A stretch of DNA of 64,000 nt from Camelus dromedarius (GCF_036321535.1 NC_087437.1:94180001-94244000); one strand, 5' to 3'; counted from the first letter of the stretch, positions 24,040 through 38,414 are shown. The notes: generated by a model from the letters alone, not told the origin. Numbers and translations are program-made.

Positions 24040-24589
24040 ACATACACATTATTGTACAAATCAAGGTGCTTTTGAGAGTAAAAGGGAGAGGTAGTGACAA
24101 TTACACAGTAACAATATGTATTAAGCAGAACTGTCCAGGGCTATGAGTCTAGTTATCCTTGTATTTAGAGACTATTTATGAAATTACTTCACAATCCAGA
24201 ATTCAGGTTATTTAGTTTACCTTCCTATTGAACCCATTGTGCCTTAAGAAGTCTGTTGATTTAAGTAACCCTCGGGTAATTAAGAATCCACTGGGAGAAA
24301 GGCCCAGAACCTCAGAGTTCCTGCCTTTCCTATCATTTCAGGATGAGAGTAGGAATCACATGATTTCTCATCAATTAGCCCTAAGGCATGTCTTGTGCTT
24401 TTTTTGTTTGTTTGTTTGTTACATACTGAAGTGCTCAATTTCTTACTATGTCATTGGTCTTATAGGAAGATTCACTAAGTCTTATTACAGCCACATTTGC
24501 AAACTGCTGTTTTGTGTTTTCTATGGAGCTATGTTCTGTTGAATGCTTGAAAGGAAAAATGTCCAACATAAATACTTGAATTTTTTAAG

Positions 24590-24885
24590 TTGGCACAGGT
24601 CCAGAGAGGTTTTGGAATATGTAACTTTTCGGATTTTAAAAAGCTAAAAATATGTCTATATCACATTGCATGTAACACCATCAATACAATCTTAGGAGTA
24701 TTCCATATTACAAACTTGTTAACATTTATGAAGCAAAATGTACAATCACTGTGAGTAAAAAGTAAAAATTATATGTGCATGCACACACACACACACAGGT
24801 ACACTTACAGCATCATGTATATAGCACACACACACACAAATGTATACACGTAGGTCAGTTCAGGTCAAATTTTGCTACCAAAACC
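24590..24885 (-). mobile_element. MER46C-like TcMar-Tigger DNA transposon fragment with internal (CA)n
   Basis: tttcggattttaaaaag...gtcagttcaggtcaaattttgctaccaaa. Confidence 0.55.
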
Positions 24886-25360
24886 ATTTGACACACAGAG
24901 ACTACATATTACTTGACTGGTCCTAGGAAATCCCATAAGTTTGTCTCTTTGGGGAATGTCCCACATGAAATAGGACTTAGTTTCTCAAATTTAATTGTTT
25001 TCTTCCTCCTTTTCCTTTGCTCACTAAATACTCCAAGGAAGTTTTTTACATAAAATGTCTGCTGTTCTTTATTTTTTACTCATTCACTTTTAAACCCAGT
25101 TTCTTCAGTCTACTCTCTCCTTTGCCCAGCTCCTCTGGAAGAGCAGACCAGTTAGTATCCTGTGGGTTAAGATCAGGAGTTTTGAAGGTGGAGAAACTGT
25201 TTCTCAGGTTCAAAGTATCAGGATTTATTTATGTAATTATTGGCTAATGACATCTATTAGACTGCATATTCTAGCTTATTCTATGAGGCCGGAGATTAAG
25301 GTAGTCTCCCAGAATACTGCGTCCCTGTCACCTGTTACAATAATTAGCACATAGTAGCGC

Positions 25361-25684
25361 TGATATGCAACAAATAGTCTGCCAGATATTTCTCCAGCAA
25401 AGATGGGTTCATTCAAGACCAGAAATTTGGTAGTCTGTAACCATGATGAGCCAAGTGCAAGTTCCCACATAACAAGGGGAGGAGAGCCCTCTCATAGAGG
25501 GAGAAGGAAGTTGGGAGCAGTATAGTAAACAAACAGTCCATGGCTTTTCACTGGTGAGTTCTTAGCACAAGAGAAGAAGAATCTTTCTTCTTCCTGTTGA
25601 GCTCTGCCATCTGCATAATACAAGAGAACTCCTCCTTCTGGTATCCCACCTCTAATTGCAATATCTGTTTATTAATGTTTTACA
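25361..25684 (-). mobile_element. ERV1-class solo LTR (MER89/MER110-like)
   Basis: TG...CA termini; tctccagcaaagatgggttcattc...tagtaaacaaacagtccatggcttttcactgg...tctttcttcttcctgttgagctctgc. Confidence 0.65.
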
Positions 25685-25972
25685 TTAGGAAGCTTTATAT
25701 ATATATGTGTGTGTGTATATATATGGGGTGGCGGAGAATACTTGCAATAATATTTATGTATATATTTAATACTTGCAAAAGAAAGAAATTGTAAATGCAT
25801 AGAAGATAGAATTAAGATATGAAAGAATGGAAAAGTCAAAATATCTCTAAAGCTTTAAGCCTTTCAGTTTAACAGATAGGAAAATAAAGAAGAAAGAAGT
25901 GTTCAAGCAAGAGTGAAAGGCTGCATTCAAATATATTACATTTGAGATTATGGCAGAAAATGTAAAAAGCCA

Positions 25973-26423
25973 TGTGCATTCATTCCATAGGGATGCCATA
26001 ATGAATTACCACAAATCTGGTGACTTAAAATAACACAGATTTATTTTCTCACACTTCTGGAGGCCAGAATCAAGATGTTGGTGGGTTTGTGCTCCCTCCA
26101 TAGGTTTTAGGGAAGAATTTGCCTTTGCTAACTTCTGATGGCTCCTGGTGTTCTTTGGCCGTGGCCGCATAACTTCAATATCTGCCTGCATCTTGTTTTG
26201 ATCTTCTCTTCCATTTCTCTCTTCTTCTTGTCTCTTCTAAGGATACGAGTCATTGGATTTAGGGTCAGCCTTGATAATCCAAAATGTATGTCATCTTTAC
26301 TGTAGATCTTTAATTACATCTACAAAAACCCTTTTCCAAATAAGGGCATATTTATAGATTCTGAGTTTTAGGATGTAGACATATCTTTTGATGGGCAGTG
26401 GGGTCATCATTCAATCCACTATA
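25973..26423 (-). mobile_element. MaLR MLT1C-like solo LTR, possibly within a degenerate L2
   Basis: attaccacaaatctggtgacttaaaataacacagatttattttctcacacttctggaggccagaa...cattcaatccactata. Confidence 0.85.
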
Positions 26424-26844
26424 ATTTGTCCAATAGGAATTTAGATCTAAAATTCAGCGAATAGTTCAAGACTTGGGCTGTCAATTTTGGATTTATGTGA
26501 ATATGATTATTAGTTTATCCTCCTCTAAGTATTAAAATGCAGAACTAACTCTTAACATGTATTTCTGAAATCCTTTATAGTAAAACTAAGTGCTGACCCA
26601 AGGCAAGTAGGTGTCTAGATTTATCCCATATATACATTTAGTCCAAGCCTTACTAGATTGGATTTCTCTCAGCACAGGAGCATGGGTGTTGGTTTTACAC
26701 CTAAGCTAGTACCTTGATGAACTGGATTCTTTAGGCAGTCATTTGGGAACACAGAATCTAGGAATCTTCAGGAATTTGTCTCTAGTAGATTTGGAAAATT
26801 CCTTTAGCAACCAACTGAATAATAAAATCATGATGTATACCATT

Positions 26845-27075
26845 GAAGCAGAAGATCTGGTGGGTAAAAATATGAATTTTGAGGCAAACAGGCCTGGGTT
26901 TGGTTCAAGGCTTCAGTGTTTATCAGCTCTCACGCTTTGACAAGTTGCTGAATATTCTGAGTTCCCCTCCTATCCACCTGTAATACTCATATGTCATGAG
27001 ATTGTGCTAAAGCTTAAGTGACTAAGATATCTTAACGTATGTTTTTGCGTCTTGTACACATTTGGCTTTCCATGA
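26845..27075 (+). mobile_element. MIR
   Basis: ttttgaggcaaacaggcctgggtttggttc...ctttgacaagttgctgaatattctgag. Confidence 0.6.
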
Positions 27076-27524
27076 GACTTCTAATGGCTATATAAAAAGG
27101 ACACAAACACAACTGGCAAAATATATAAGTGCATCCTAGGAGAGAAAAGTATATGGTAAATGGATGTGATTAAGAAAAGTCTTTAGCAAAATTGTGAAGG
27201 AAGTGAAAGGGTCTTCAGTGCCCTAATTCAATAATTCCACCTTCCAACACACTTCCTCTGCTCTCAGGGTCTCTCTAGACTGGTCTATTAAATCAAAGCC
27301 CAACCAGTCATAAGAAATCCATGCTAAGGTGTGGCAGTATAATTTGTGAAAACCTTACAAAAGATGCTTTGGAAGGAGTAATCCTAAAACTGAAAGAATG
27401 TAGATAAAATGAAAAAAATTTAGTTACTAACTACGGATATGTAGGTGTAATATTTTCAAAGATGGTGACATTCTGTATTACCTATAGTATGTTACACCAT
27501 ATGGTTAACTGCTCATTTTTAGGT

Positions 27525-27950
27525 ATAATGTTAATTAACAAAATTCTTAGTTACAAACATAATTTAATATTGCCAATTTAAGAGAATAACAGAAAAAAGA
27601 ATTTATTGAAGAATATTTGGTCGCTCACTAAATCTCTGGGGAGACGGCGTTGAGCACAGCAGTTACACAGCCAGGATCAATGCCCAACCACACCCGAATG
27701 GCTAAGTCACACTAGTCATGTTCCATAGACTGGATGCCATGTGTCTCCCTGGACTCTTGGACCACTAACACCATTGTCCCTAAAAGCGGAGACTCCCCCC
27801 ACATTTCTAGAAGAACATTTCCACAAATCACATGCTTTTTGCATTGTTCTTCTGAAACACAGGCTAGCATAGGTGCCTAAGGGCCTAAGTCATGCGCCTG
27901 CACCTGGACCACAAAGACAATTAAGACAGAACAGAAATTCCTAAATATAA
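27525..27950 (-). mobile_element. Old MaLR LTR (MLT1K/L-like)
   Basis: attcttagttacaaaca...agaaaaaagaatttattgaagaatatttggtcgctcac...cctaagtcatgcgcctgcacct. Confidence 0.45.
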
Positions 27951-29744
27951 ATGAATGTACTTAAAATGGGAGTTGTCCTAGGTTTGCCATCTCCAAATAT
28001 AGGCAGATATTTTGCTCACTAAAAGCCTAAAGGAGGCCTGAACCGTAGAAAGATTTGTTTTCCTATCATTAGTACTAACTAAGTAGGAAACTGAAAACAT
28101 CTTATATTATGATTAAGGGAGTTAAATAAAAGAAAAACGAAAAACCCTGTATTACCGTGACAATGTCATCTATTTTTTAAAGAATCACCTTGTAACAAAA
28201 TGGAAGTTTTCTGGATTTTATATTTTGCCCTTAGTAAAAATGCATTTGCTTAAGGAATAAAATTAAAATGTACGTAGGGATATATTTTACTCTTGTGCTA
28301 CCGTGTCAGTTATAAACAGCCAGTAGTGGCCTGCTCAAAGAAATCAGATACATCTGAATAATCAATGGTCAGGTGCTGAAAACAAAATCTGTTTATATCA
28401 TCTAATGATTCACCGTGCCTCATAGTCACTTATTCTAATTTTGATTATTTACTTTCCAGTGGAGGAGCTGTAATCTATTGAGACCACTACAACAGCTTCA
28501 GGGCTTCTGATAAGAGCACTTAAATAGAGTATCCATTGTACATCAGCTAAAATCAGTTATCTAACAGGGGTAATCGAAGGGTCCTTTAGGGTAAATTTCT
28601 TCCACATTAATTTAAACTGATTTGTTTTAGCTTTTTTTTTTTTTCTAAACCATGTTAGAATCTGATTTTTATCATGTTCCCTTCCCCATAAAATATGTAG
28701 TAACTGACAATGTCCCATATCAGAACTGAAACGTATGCTCCCCTGGCATTTCTTGAAAGTCTACAAAAATTGACCCACAATCCTCTAGAGGCACAATTGT
28801 AGAACCTGCATTTATTTTTAAAAATAATCTAAAACAGTAAGAAACAGTAGTTAATAGAATGTACTGAGTAAGATAATTCAAAGAGTATAGTAAATGAATA
28901 TGCAGTCTTGTCGTTTAATGTGATAAAGTCATAAATACATAAGATGACAGTTTCAAAAGTTTCAAAATTAAATTATATGTCTCTCTCCACAAATAATTAA
29001 GAGAAAAATATATGCACAGAGTATGGTGCAGGTTTATGTTATTTGGACATTTTCCAGGGACAGTTTTCTATTTGTATTAATCATCTGCCTGACATTAAAA
29101 TACACTTTGAGCAGCAAATTTTTACAAGCCATTGGTAATTAAACAGGAATCATTCCTTGTGATACGGGACTCCGAATGTGTTTAAGATGCAAGGGAAAGC
29201 CTTTAATTAACTCCTTATAAATTCATGATGTGACAAGATACTGTCTGCTTTCGTTTTCGCAGGAGACTCCCAGAGCCAGGAGAGTCTCAGCTCCCTCTCT
29301 CAGTTACCTTTCAGGGGCAGCAGCGCCGCCGGAGAGTTGAATGGAACCCGCGGTATCACGCTGCACAGAAGAACAACTGCATAAAATATTCATCGCTCTG
29401 GCTCCACATGTGAAATGTTACAAAAGAGAAAGTCAAAGACTAAAAGGGAAAAAAATCACCACAGGGGGCCACACATTAGCATCAACAAACCACTGGTAAC
29501 AGCGAGAGCAAAATGTGGTGGCCCCAGTCCCACATGCTAATAATTTTCAAACTTTTGTCATGGTTAAATAATGACCCAGCCACAGTGGGATGCCCTGATG
29601 TAAAAGGAAGGGGCTCTGTCCTAATGAAAACAGCCCTAGTGCCAAAAGCACAATTGAAACGATTCATCAAAAACAAAGCAAAATGCTCAGCTGAGCACTG
29701 TGCGTTCCTAAAGCTGGGATGTCGGAGGGCACACTTCTTCGATT

Positions 29745-29935
29745 CTAATAATAACGCTAACTATTACCATTTTTAACCGCTGTATCTCCTGCAGTCCGTA
29801 TAATAAGCCTAGACGATTGGTATTATTATCCCCAATTTTCAGTTGAATAAACTTGCCAAAGGTTTATAAGTGGGAATTCTGGGATTCAAACCCAGGTTTA
29901 TCCAACTCTAACCCATAAGCTTTTAACCACTGAAT
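29745..29935 (-). mobile_element. MIR
   Basis: ggtattattatccccaattttcagttga...aacttgccaaaggtt...ctgggattcaaacccaggtt...cttttaaccactg. Confidence 0.75.
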
Positions 29936-30879
29936 AGAAGACTTAGCTTTACCTTCCTTTTCTCTTCAAACAGGCTAAATACCATTTTGGCTTTGCGAAG
30001 AGTAGGACTGCTTTAAATGCAATACTTACAATGAATATTATTATAAAGAGCTCACAGCACTTCTGAAGGAATGAGTAGTTAAATTATATTCCAACACTAT
30101 TATACAGTAATAATGTAAGGAATAAAAAGGAAAAAATATTAGATTTCTGATAAAATTTAAACTTGGTTTGAAAGTAAATTTGTTAGCATCAAATTTATTT
30201 ATTATATATTTCAAATATATATTACATTATACATTTTAAGTTCCAAAATATTTATACATAACATTTTTCTAATGTGTGCCAATAACTATTAAAAAAAAGA
30301 GAGGAAAACCTTTAAGTCAATAATCAGGCTACAAAATATCTTGAAGCTATGTACCTGTTTAGAACTGCCATCTTACCCTCTACAGGAAGTTGCCAAGGCC
30401 ACTAAAGAGTAAATAGATTGGTAAATAGAAAGAATACCGCATATATCAAGATGCCTCCATAAGCACAGGAATGTAAACAAAGAAACTGAAGTGAAGTTGG
30501 AAAGATAAGAAGGGGTGGGGGGGGGTTAAGAGAGGGGATGGTGCTGGGGATGTTTAAGAACCAGGTTAGTGACTGAAAGCTGGTGGGCTTGATATAGCAA
30601 GACTTAATGGAATAAGGAAGAGCGTCCCTTCAGGTCACAAAACTATGAAACCTAAAACCCCCTTACCGGAGTTGAAGCATCTTCTGTTCTGAGAATACAA
30701 GGCTGCTAGATTGTTGACTCAAAGCTTTAACTAAAAGCTTTTCTTTAGCTAAGCTAAAGGTTATGTTTGGATGAATTGAAGCAAATATTGTTTGACTTAA
30801 TGGGAATTAAGAAAAGAGATCGAGAGTTCCACAAATCAATCGGACAGGATTTCACTGGCCAAAGCATGTCCATTGCTAT

Positions 30880-31080
30880 GACAACAACTAAATAAGTTAT
30901 TTGGGAAACACTGTTCTAAGTGCTTTACTGGAATTAGCTCATTTAAATACTAGCATTATTTTTATTTTTTGATAAGGTTAAATAAGCTGCCTTAGGTCAA
31001 AATATCAATGTAGAGAAATAATCAGAATTTAAGTTCCAGCCATCTGCCTTTAGATCGTACTTTTAACCACTGTACTATAC
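30880..31080 (-). mobile_element. MIR
   Basis: cactgttctaagtgctttactggaattagctcatttaa...aggttaaataagctgccttaggtca...cttttaaccactgtactatac. Confidence 0.7.
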
Positions 31081-31780
31081 AGCCTTCCCTAACAATACCT
31101 TTTATAGTTAAGGATGTTTCTTTTTCTCACACTACTTAACCATCTATCTAGAAGGCAGAATGATAATCAGTAAATAACAAATATTTAAAAACATAAAATA
31201 ATTATAATTACTTTATGTAGGCAGAAGAAGGAATTGGTTAGGAGAAATAGTGTTCCCAAATAAAACAAAAAATGAGGGTAAAGTCTGAGGTTATAGGTAT
31301 GAAAACATGACTGCGTGAAGCAAAGAGAAAATTCAATCTACATGAAATGGAGTTCACTTCCTTTATAATTGTTAGATATCAATTCAAAGTTGGGGAGAGG
31401 CCATGAAGAAAAGGGAAGAGTTCCTGTGATGAGAAAAAACATCTATCAATACGGTGATATACATGGAGAGCTGCAATTGATGGAAAATCCTATTTTGACT
31501 CAGGGTAGCACTGCTTATGAGGTTGGGGAGTGTTATTTCTCAAAGAGAAAAACTAAGAATCCATGAACTCACTTTTTATACAGTGAAATAGTGATTTTGC
31601 ATTTGAAAATCATAGCAACTTCTTTTAATGAAAAGGAATTCTATATTAGGGGTTCAGGACTTAAAACTGTTTAAATTCCAGTTGGTATTAGTTTGTATTC
31701 TACAATACAGAATGCTGATTTTGAAATTTGATACTTCCTTACCATATTGGTATCAAAATATACTTTATATGAGATTAAAT

Positions 31781-31863
31781 ATAAGTTTGGACTCTTATGA
31801 AATTGCCTATATTCAACCAGTCTGGTCTACCAAAAATGGTCATTTCCTGTATTTCAATTTAAA
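31781..31863. mobile_element. MADE2-like Mariner MITE (about 80 bp)
   Basis: tatgaaattgcctatattcaaccagtctggtctaccaaaaatggtcatttc, with degenerate inverted termini. Confidence 0.6.
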
Positions 31864-31999
31864 ATGTATCACAATATGCTTGTCACACCGAATAATAAAG
31901 ACACATTTGAACATATGAATTAAAATTAGAATGTCTTTGGCTCGGTTTTACTGATTTCTTGATAACAAGCTAGTTTTCAAAAAAGACTGAAAGTTAAAC

Positions 32000-32416
32000 T
32001 GTGAGGTTGTAGGCTCACCATGTTAGAAATATTAGAATAAACTCTGTGTTTATTGACTCAGCCACAGTGGATTTTAACTTCTTGCTTATAACACATGCAG
32101 GGAGTCGTTCCTGGTTTGCGGGCAGGGTTCTGCCACTTAAAATATTCATGGATTCAGGCAACTTCATCTTTGATCCTGGATGGCTTCACCACCATCCGGC
32201 CACCACTCACCAGAGAAGTCTAAAGATCATAGTACAACAAACACCCTTCTCAGACTGCTGACTCAGACGTGATCCGTATCACAGCTGCTCACGTTCTATT
32301 CCTGAGGACTAGGCACAAAGCCACATCTCAGTGCTAAGGAAACTGGGAAACACAATCTAGCTGAGTGCCTTGCAAGAGAAACTAGACCTCGGAGAGACAC
32401 TACAGGACCTGCCACA
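32000..32416 (-). mobile_element. Old MaLR LTR (MLT1J-like)
   Basis: atcacagctgctcacgttctatt...ctaaggaaactgggaaacacaatctagctgagtgcc...cctgccaca. Confidence 0.65.
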
Positions 32417-33072
32417 TCATGATGTAGAAAAATGGCATATTTTATCTATAATATGGTATATCTGTCTTAAATCATTTCTTAATTAAATGGGTTTTTTTTA
32501 CTGAGAATTATTAGAGGTTCCTTGTTCACATTGTTATTTAATCTACCTCTTAATTCACTAATGAAGCTAGTTATCTTTTCAACAACATATGTGCTGGAGA
32601 ATTATTGCCATGACCTTTTGCTAAAGACTTTCATCAGCCAAATTGTGGTGTGTAAACATTTTTTAAGTCTGATATACAAAATGTAAAATACATACCTTAT
32701 CATTTTATAACAGAATGACTTTAAGAACTTATACCTAACCCAGTACTTTTGAAATAGCATTTTTAGTTATTTATAGTCATCATTTCATACTAAGTAGATC
32801 ACATTCTTCATGGAATATGTAATATATAGGAAACTACTTGTCAATCTAGAGGGTAAAATGAGAAGAGCAAATGATGAAAATTGAATCAAAAAAATTGAAT
32901 TTTTACTCTATTTTCTGCCTCTTCTGTTTTAAAGTGTGGTAACTTCATCCTCATTTAGTACACCAACGATCCTGAATTTTTTTTTAATTTCCATTTTCCA
33001 CTTACCGAGCTCTTCGAATTAGTCTAAATGATCTAATCTTCAGACAATAATATAAATTCTTCTTCTCACATA

Positions 33073-33075
<3 letters not shown>

Positions 33076-33106
<31 letters not shown>
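33076..33106. repeat. (TA)n microsatellite
   Basis: Directly visible. Confidence 0.95.
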
Positions 33107-33110
<4 letters not shown>

Positions 33111-35732
33111 ATTTTGTGAAGATCAATTCCTTGTCTTCTGTCCTACACATTGTTTGTTGTTTTTACTCTTTTTTGTTTGTTTGTTTGCTTTTTGTTTTTG
33201 TTTTCTTTTGCTTTGGACTAGAACTACTTATTTTTAATTCTTGTGGTCAAGTTGTTTCTCCTCTATTCACCCATCTTCTCTTTTTCAACATTTAACAGAG
33301 AACAGATAAAGAGAAGATAAAATAGTCATTTACACATAGCTTCGGATATAAATTAAGTGTTTAATTATGTGGCATCAACACTTAGTTTTCCCTCTGAGGT
33401 CTTCCTGGAGAAGGACTGGCAATCACGAAAGGGAGTAAAGGCAGAGCAAAGAAATACACAGAAAGCACAAAAAGGCACGAGTCAGTCACAAATCCTGTTC
33501 TAAACTGAGTACTTTGAAGTCAGAAGCAAGAGCGTATCAATTTTTTCTTGTAGATTTGCATGTTGACTAGTACCTAGTAAGCAACATAATAAATGAATTT
33601 TGGAAAAATTAAAGAACATTTTAACTCCAGATAATTAATATTTGAGTGATAATAGAATATTAGAAAAGAAATGACTCACATAGAAATATTTTATCTGACA
33701 ACTCTTTGATCACATAATCATACTTATTTATATCACTGTAAAATATAATGTATGAAGAAATATCTATTTTGTACCTTTCATAATTATTATGATAAAGATT
33801 TTAGATCCTCTAATTAAAAGGCTATACACTTGGTTTAATGAATTTTGTAAATTCATCTTACTTAGCTAGAATATACAGGAATGATTTTGCTAGAAATTTC
33901 TAACTATGTACATTTCCTTAAAAATGCTTTCTTAAACCAGTAATACTTTTTTTAATAAATGTATAAATTCAGTCAGTCATTACTTATGTTTTTGGAGGAA
34001 GTAAAAGATATACTTTTAAGAGTTTTAATAATTATAGTTAAGTCTGGTGCCCATTGGAATATAGGCACAAAAATACTATTCAAAACACTAAGATACTGAC
34101 CTTTATAAAAAGAAACTTAATAGGTCATACTTCTGGAAGTGTGTGTGTGTTTTATTTGGTTACTATCTTAAAGACTTTAATTTACTCATTCTCTCATTAT
34201 GATAAAGGTTCTCCCACATCCTAGCTCTGCCTCTAATTTTCTTCAGATAGGCACCCTTTGTCACGCTGAGAAAACTCCATAGGTAAATGAAACTTTAACA
34301 AAAATCTTCTTGAATAGTGTTATATGAATCAGATATTTTCACTAAGAACTATTATCATTAGCAAGAGACTTACTTGAAAGAATTTCATTCTTTTTCATGC
34401 TCTTCATCCATCTCCAAGCAATAATGGAATTAAAAGTTACTGCAGCCATAAACTGTAATAATATTGTGGTGAAATGATCAGCATTCAGTCAAAATATATA
34501 ATAAGAAAAGACTATACATATACATTGTTATACTGTATACGTGTATGTATAAATATACAAGTAGGAGAGAATATATACTTTAAATACATTCTCAACACTT
34601 AACTTTGCATTCCCTCTTCACTTCTAAATCAATCTTTTTGAAGTCTTTTAAATATTTTAGTGTTCTCTTTCCACATTCTTCAAATTAGTCTACATTATCT
34701 CACCCATGGACAACAGTCACCTTATGAAAACAAATTTTTGCAGGATATATATTATTTTAAGATCAATTCCTTCCCTTCTCTCCCAATACTTTTTTTTTCT
34801 TTTTTTGGTTTGTTTGTTTAGTTTCACTAACCATCTTAACAAAAAACAGTCTACTAGTGAAAAGAGTCTTGCAATTTTAATAGAAATTAGTTTCATGACT
34901 GAAAATAAATCTTTTTTTACTGAAAGCTGGTAAACGGCCAGAACTCTTTTCAGCGGAATGAATGAACAATATCAGATGCATAAGGCATTTATTCCTGCCT
35001 CAGCAGACTGGGATTTTTCTTTCTTTTCTATTTCTCTGTATGAAATGCAGATAAGGATGACTGTAATGGGGCCTGGGCAAAGATTCAAAGTGGTTGCCAA
35101 AAACACACATCTGTCCAACACACGAGGGAGACGATAGCCTTTATCGTTAAACTCCAAATATTACCCATGTTTTATTACAATCTTATTCCATCCTTATTCA
35201 ATTATAATTGTGTATGTTTTTAAATAATGAACTACATACCCACGGCCTAGCAATTACTCTTATTCTACAGGGTTTGCAGACCTAATTTGATCTGTCAAAG
35301 AATGGTTGTAAGGTTTTATTTGATTTGGCTTTGTTTTGTGTTCTTTTGTAAAACAGATTAAACAATACTTGATTTAATTATTTGCCAAAAGCAATCTCTC
35401 CAGCCAGTGATAGTCTTGGAAGGAGATTTATAAAGTCTGGCTGGGCTGTCCAATTTTTTTTCTCTACAACTCTTTGAGGAAGATGCTTCCAGTCCTGGAC
35501 TTCAGATTCTTGTAACTGAAGTGGAATAATTTTTGCTACAGGCTTTGCAGCCAAAGGCAAAAATCTAGAAGCTAAATTGGAAAGAAAACAATCCCATTAT
35601 TTGTATATCATAGGTAGATAATTCATACTCATTATGAGTTAATGAGCAAAAGTGAAGTATAAATGTAGGCATGCTACAGTTACATTTACCAAATTAACCA
35701 GGAGAAGACTACATACATAAACTATCTAATGT

Positions 35733-35965
35733 AAATAATAATAATAATAATAATAATAAAATAGTAATGTGTAAGCAGCTACTATAGGACAGGCATCATT
35801 CTCTATTCATATTAATACATTTAATCTCAAAAACAACTTTATGAGGTACATACAACTATTATCTTGATGGGAGAGCAAGAACAGGATTTAAGTAACATCG
35901 TTAAGGTCTTGGCTTTTCATGAACTGGAACTAGGTAATTTGACTAAATTTAACTTTTATTTTAGC
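35733..35965 (-). mobile_element. MIR with adjacent (TAA)n
   Basis: (taa)n run, then catattaatacatttaatctcaaaaacaactttatgaggtac...ggatttaagtaacatcgttaaggtc. Confidence 0.55.
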
Positions 35966-36994
35966 CACATTTCACATGTTCCCACACTGAACCTAATACA
36001 AGTAAACTTGTTCAAATTGTAATTAACAAAAAATTAATGCAATGATAGGCGATGTTAACTTGACCTAGCAAAATTTTAGAGGTGCCGGAACTTTCTTCAT
36101 GGCTGCAAAGCCTGTCTCTTTTAGCTAAACATATAGCTGTGGAGATAAGGAAAAGTCACTAATATTAAGAACAGACTTGGTCTGTTCAGAGAAGTTCTGT
36201 GGGTGAATCTATCACTTTCAACTGTCTTTTCTGTCTGGTACTAACCTAGGTATTGATGTGTTTGGAAACAATGTGGGTTATTGACATCCACCTAACAGTA
36301 AAGATACTTGCTAGTAACTGCAGAGGGCATTTTATTTCAGAAACAGGAAATTTGCCAGATATTGTTTTATAGGGAACTTAAACAAACAATGTAGATTGCC
36401 AATTTGTGGTATGTGCTGGAAGGCATTAGACTTCTACCAGGAACAGATGAGTCTTACATGGCCACTTCAGTGACTCCTAAAATCTGCCAACAGAGGGAGC
36501 TGCTTCGTGCCCACTTGAATCCTTAGAAAAGGTGAAAGAACACAGAAAATGAGGAGACAAGGTGAAAACTATTAAAATGATCCCTGTCTATTGGCTAGAT
36601 CTCCATATGTAAAAATAACCTTTCCGAGGTGTTCACAAAATAAATTGGCTGGGAAAATGAGGCTTTCACACATGTATCTTACTTGTACTATAAATTATTG
36701 TCACTGTATACCCTACATTACAAGTGATATGCAGGCACTGGGAAATAGATATTAGCTAAAATGAGTATCATACCTAGAGTTTTAAGGTACTAATCTCTTT
36801 ACAAAATGAAACTCTGCATGTGATAGATGGTTAGCAAAATTTATAACTACATGTAATCCTTTTCTAATCTTTTTTCTGTTTGTTCTTATTTCAGAATGTC
36901 CCTTCTATCTGTAAAATATAATATTAAAATTTGTTGGTAAGTAATGGGTTATATCAACTCAGCCCTCATGCAGAATCCAATATAGCATGTCTGT

Positions 36995-38414
36995 AAATGG
37001 TTCCCAAGAACTATGTAATCCCTGGGCATCCCCAAGAAGCCTTCAGAGAATCTGTTAGCTCAGAACAATTTCCATAATTATATTACAGTGTCATTTGCAT
37101 TTTTCTGTCATGTTAATATTTGCCCTGAAGGGGGTTAAAGCGTGGGCAGCTTAGCAGGAATCAAAGCAGCAGCACCAGATTGTACTGAGTCATTGAACTC
37201 TTCATCAACATATACTGCTAAAAAACAAAATTCCAGTTTCACTTAAAAATGTTCTTGATGAAACAGTAAAAATTACCTAAATATTGACTCTTGAGTAAGC
37301 ATCTTTTTAATATTCTGTATGATAAAGTAGAAAACACACAAAAAGCGCTTCTGATGCATACAAAAGTAAAATGATTGTCTCAAGGAAAACAGTTTGGGCA
37401 GTTGTTTGAGTTGTGCACTGAACTAGCTGCCTATCCCCTTCTCACCATGGAATACCATTTTACTTGTGAGAACATCTGTTACATTATGAATATTTGGACT
37501 TGACAGCTACTTTATCAAAAATGAACAGAGTGAATCAGCCTATCACTTTAAAGAAAAAAACCCAGCATGTTTATTTCGTGCATTTGAGATTTGGGGAATT
37601 TTTTCTTAACATTGAGTTTCCCATTATTTAAAGACTTTTACTATGAGATTGGTGGTAATAAAAACAAAGCTAATTTTATTTGGTATTTTATAATGAAATG
37701 TGCTAACACTAAAACTCAATGAATCATTATCTTCCAAAAGACCAATACATGATGTTATAAAATTATATATGGATAAAATATCCATTCAAAGAATGTAATA
37801 TAGCAATGAATTTTATTGGAACAGAATATAGGAAGTTCCTTGATGTGGTTTTAGATTCCACATTGAAATAAACCTTTTAGAAACTACTTTTTATAGAGTT
37901 TTGGTGTAGCATCAACAGCAAAGAATATTTGTAATTATCTGAAATGGTTATGAAAATATTCACCTTTCCAATTACATATCTGCATGAGGCCATATTTTCT
38001 TCATATACTTCAGTCTAAACAATGCATTGCAGTGTATTGGTTGTAGAAACAAATGTGAGAATCCAAATAGGGTTTGCTTAGCCTGAAATTAAAGAAATTT
38101 GCAAGAATGGAAAACACTCTTCTCATCAAACTTTTTGGATTTTAGAAAATATAGTTACGGTTTATGTTAACATGTTATAGGTTTTTATTGTTTTTTAATG
38201 AATTAATAAATAGACTTCATTTTAATTCTTAATAAGATATATAGAGATGATGCAGAAATATAGATACAGATACGGCTATACATATAGGTGTAGACATAGA
38301 CACATAGACATAAACATCGATTAGAAATAGATATGACTCACATACAAGTTCTTTGGGATCTTCAGGAATTTTAAGAGTATAAAGGTGTCCTAAGACAAAT
38401 GTGTTTGAGAAATG
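36995..38414. mobile_element. Charlie1a-like hAT DNA transposon (about 1.4 kb, transposase remnants)
   Basis: ttagcaggaatcaaagcagcagcaccagattgtact; ccagtttcacttaaaaatgttcttgatgaaacagtaaaaatt; cttctgatgcatacaaaagtaaaatgattgtctcaaggaaaa (LLxHT.VRWLSRGK-like, with a stop); terminal tttgagaa. Confidence 0.85.

Noticed and set aside
28300..28620. Putative conserved non-coding element
   Set aside because: Looks repeat-free, but conservation cannot be judged from one sequence
29457..29472. CTCF site (caccacagggggccac)
   Set aside because: Spacing does not fit the CCASYAGRKGGC core without several mismatches
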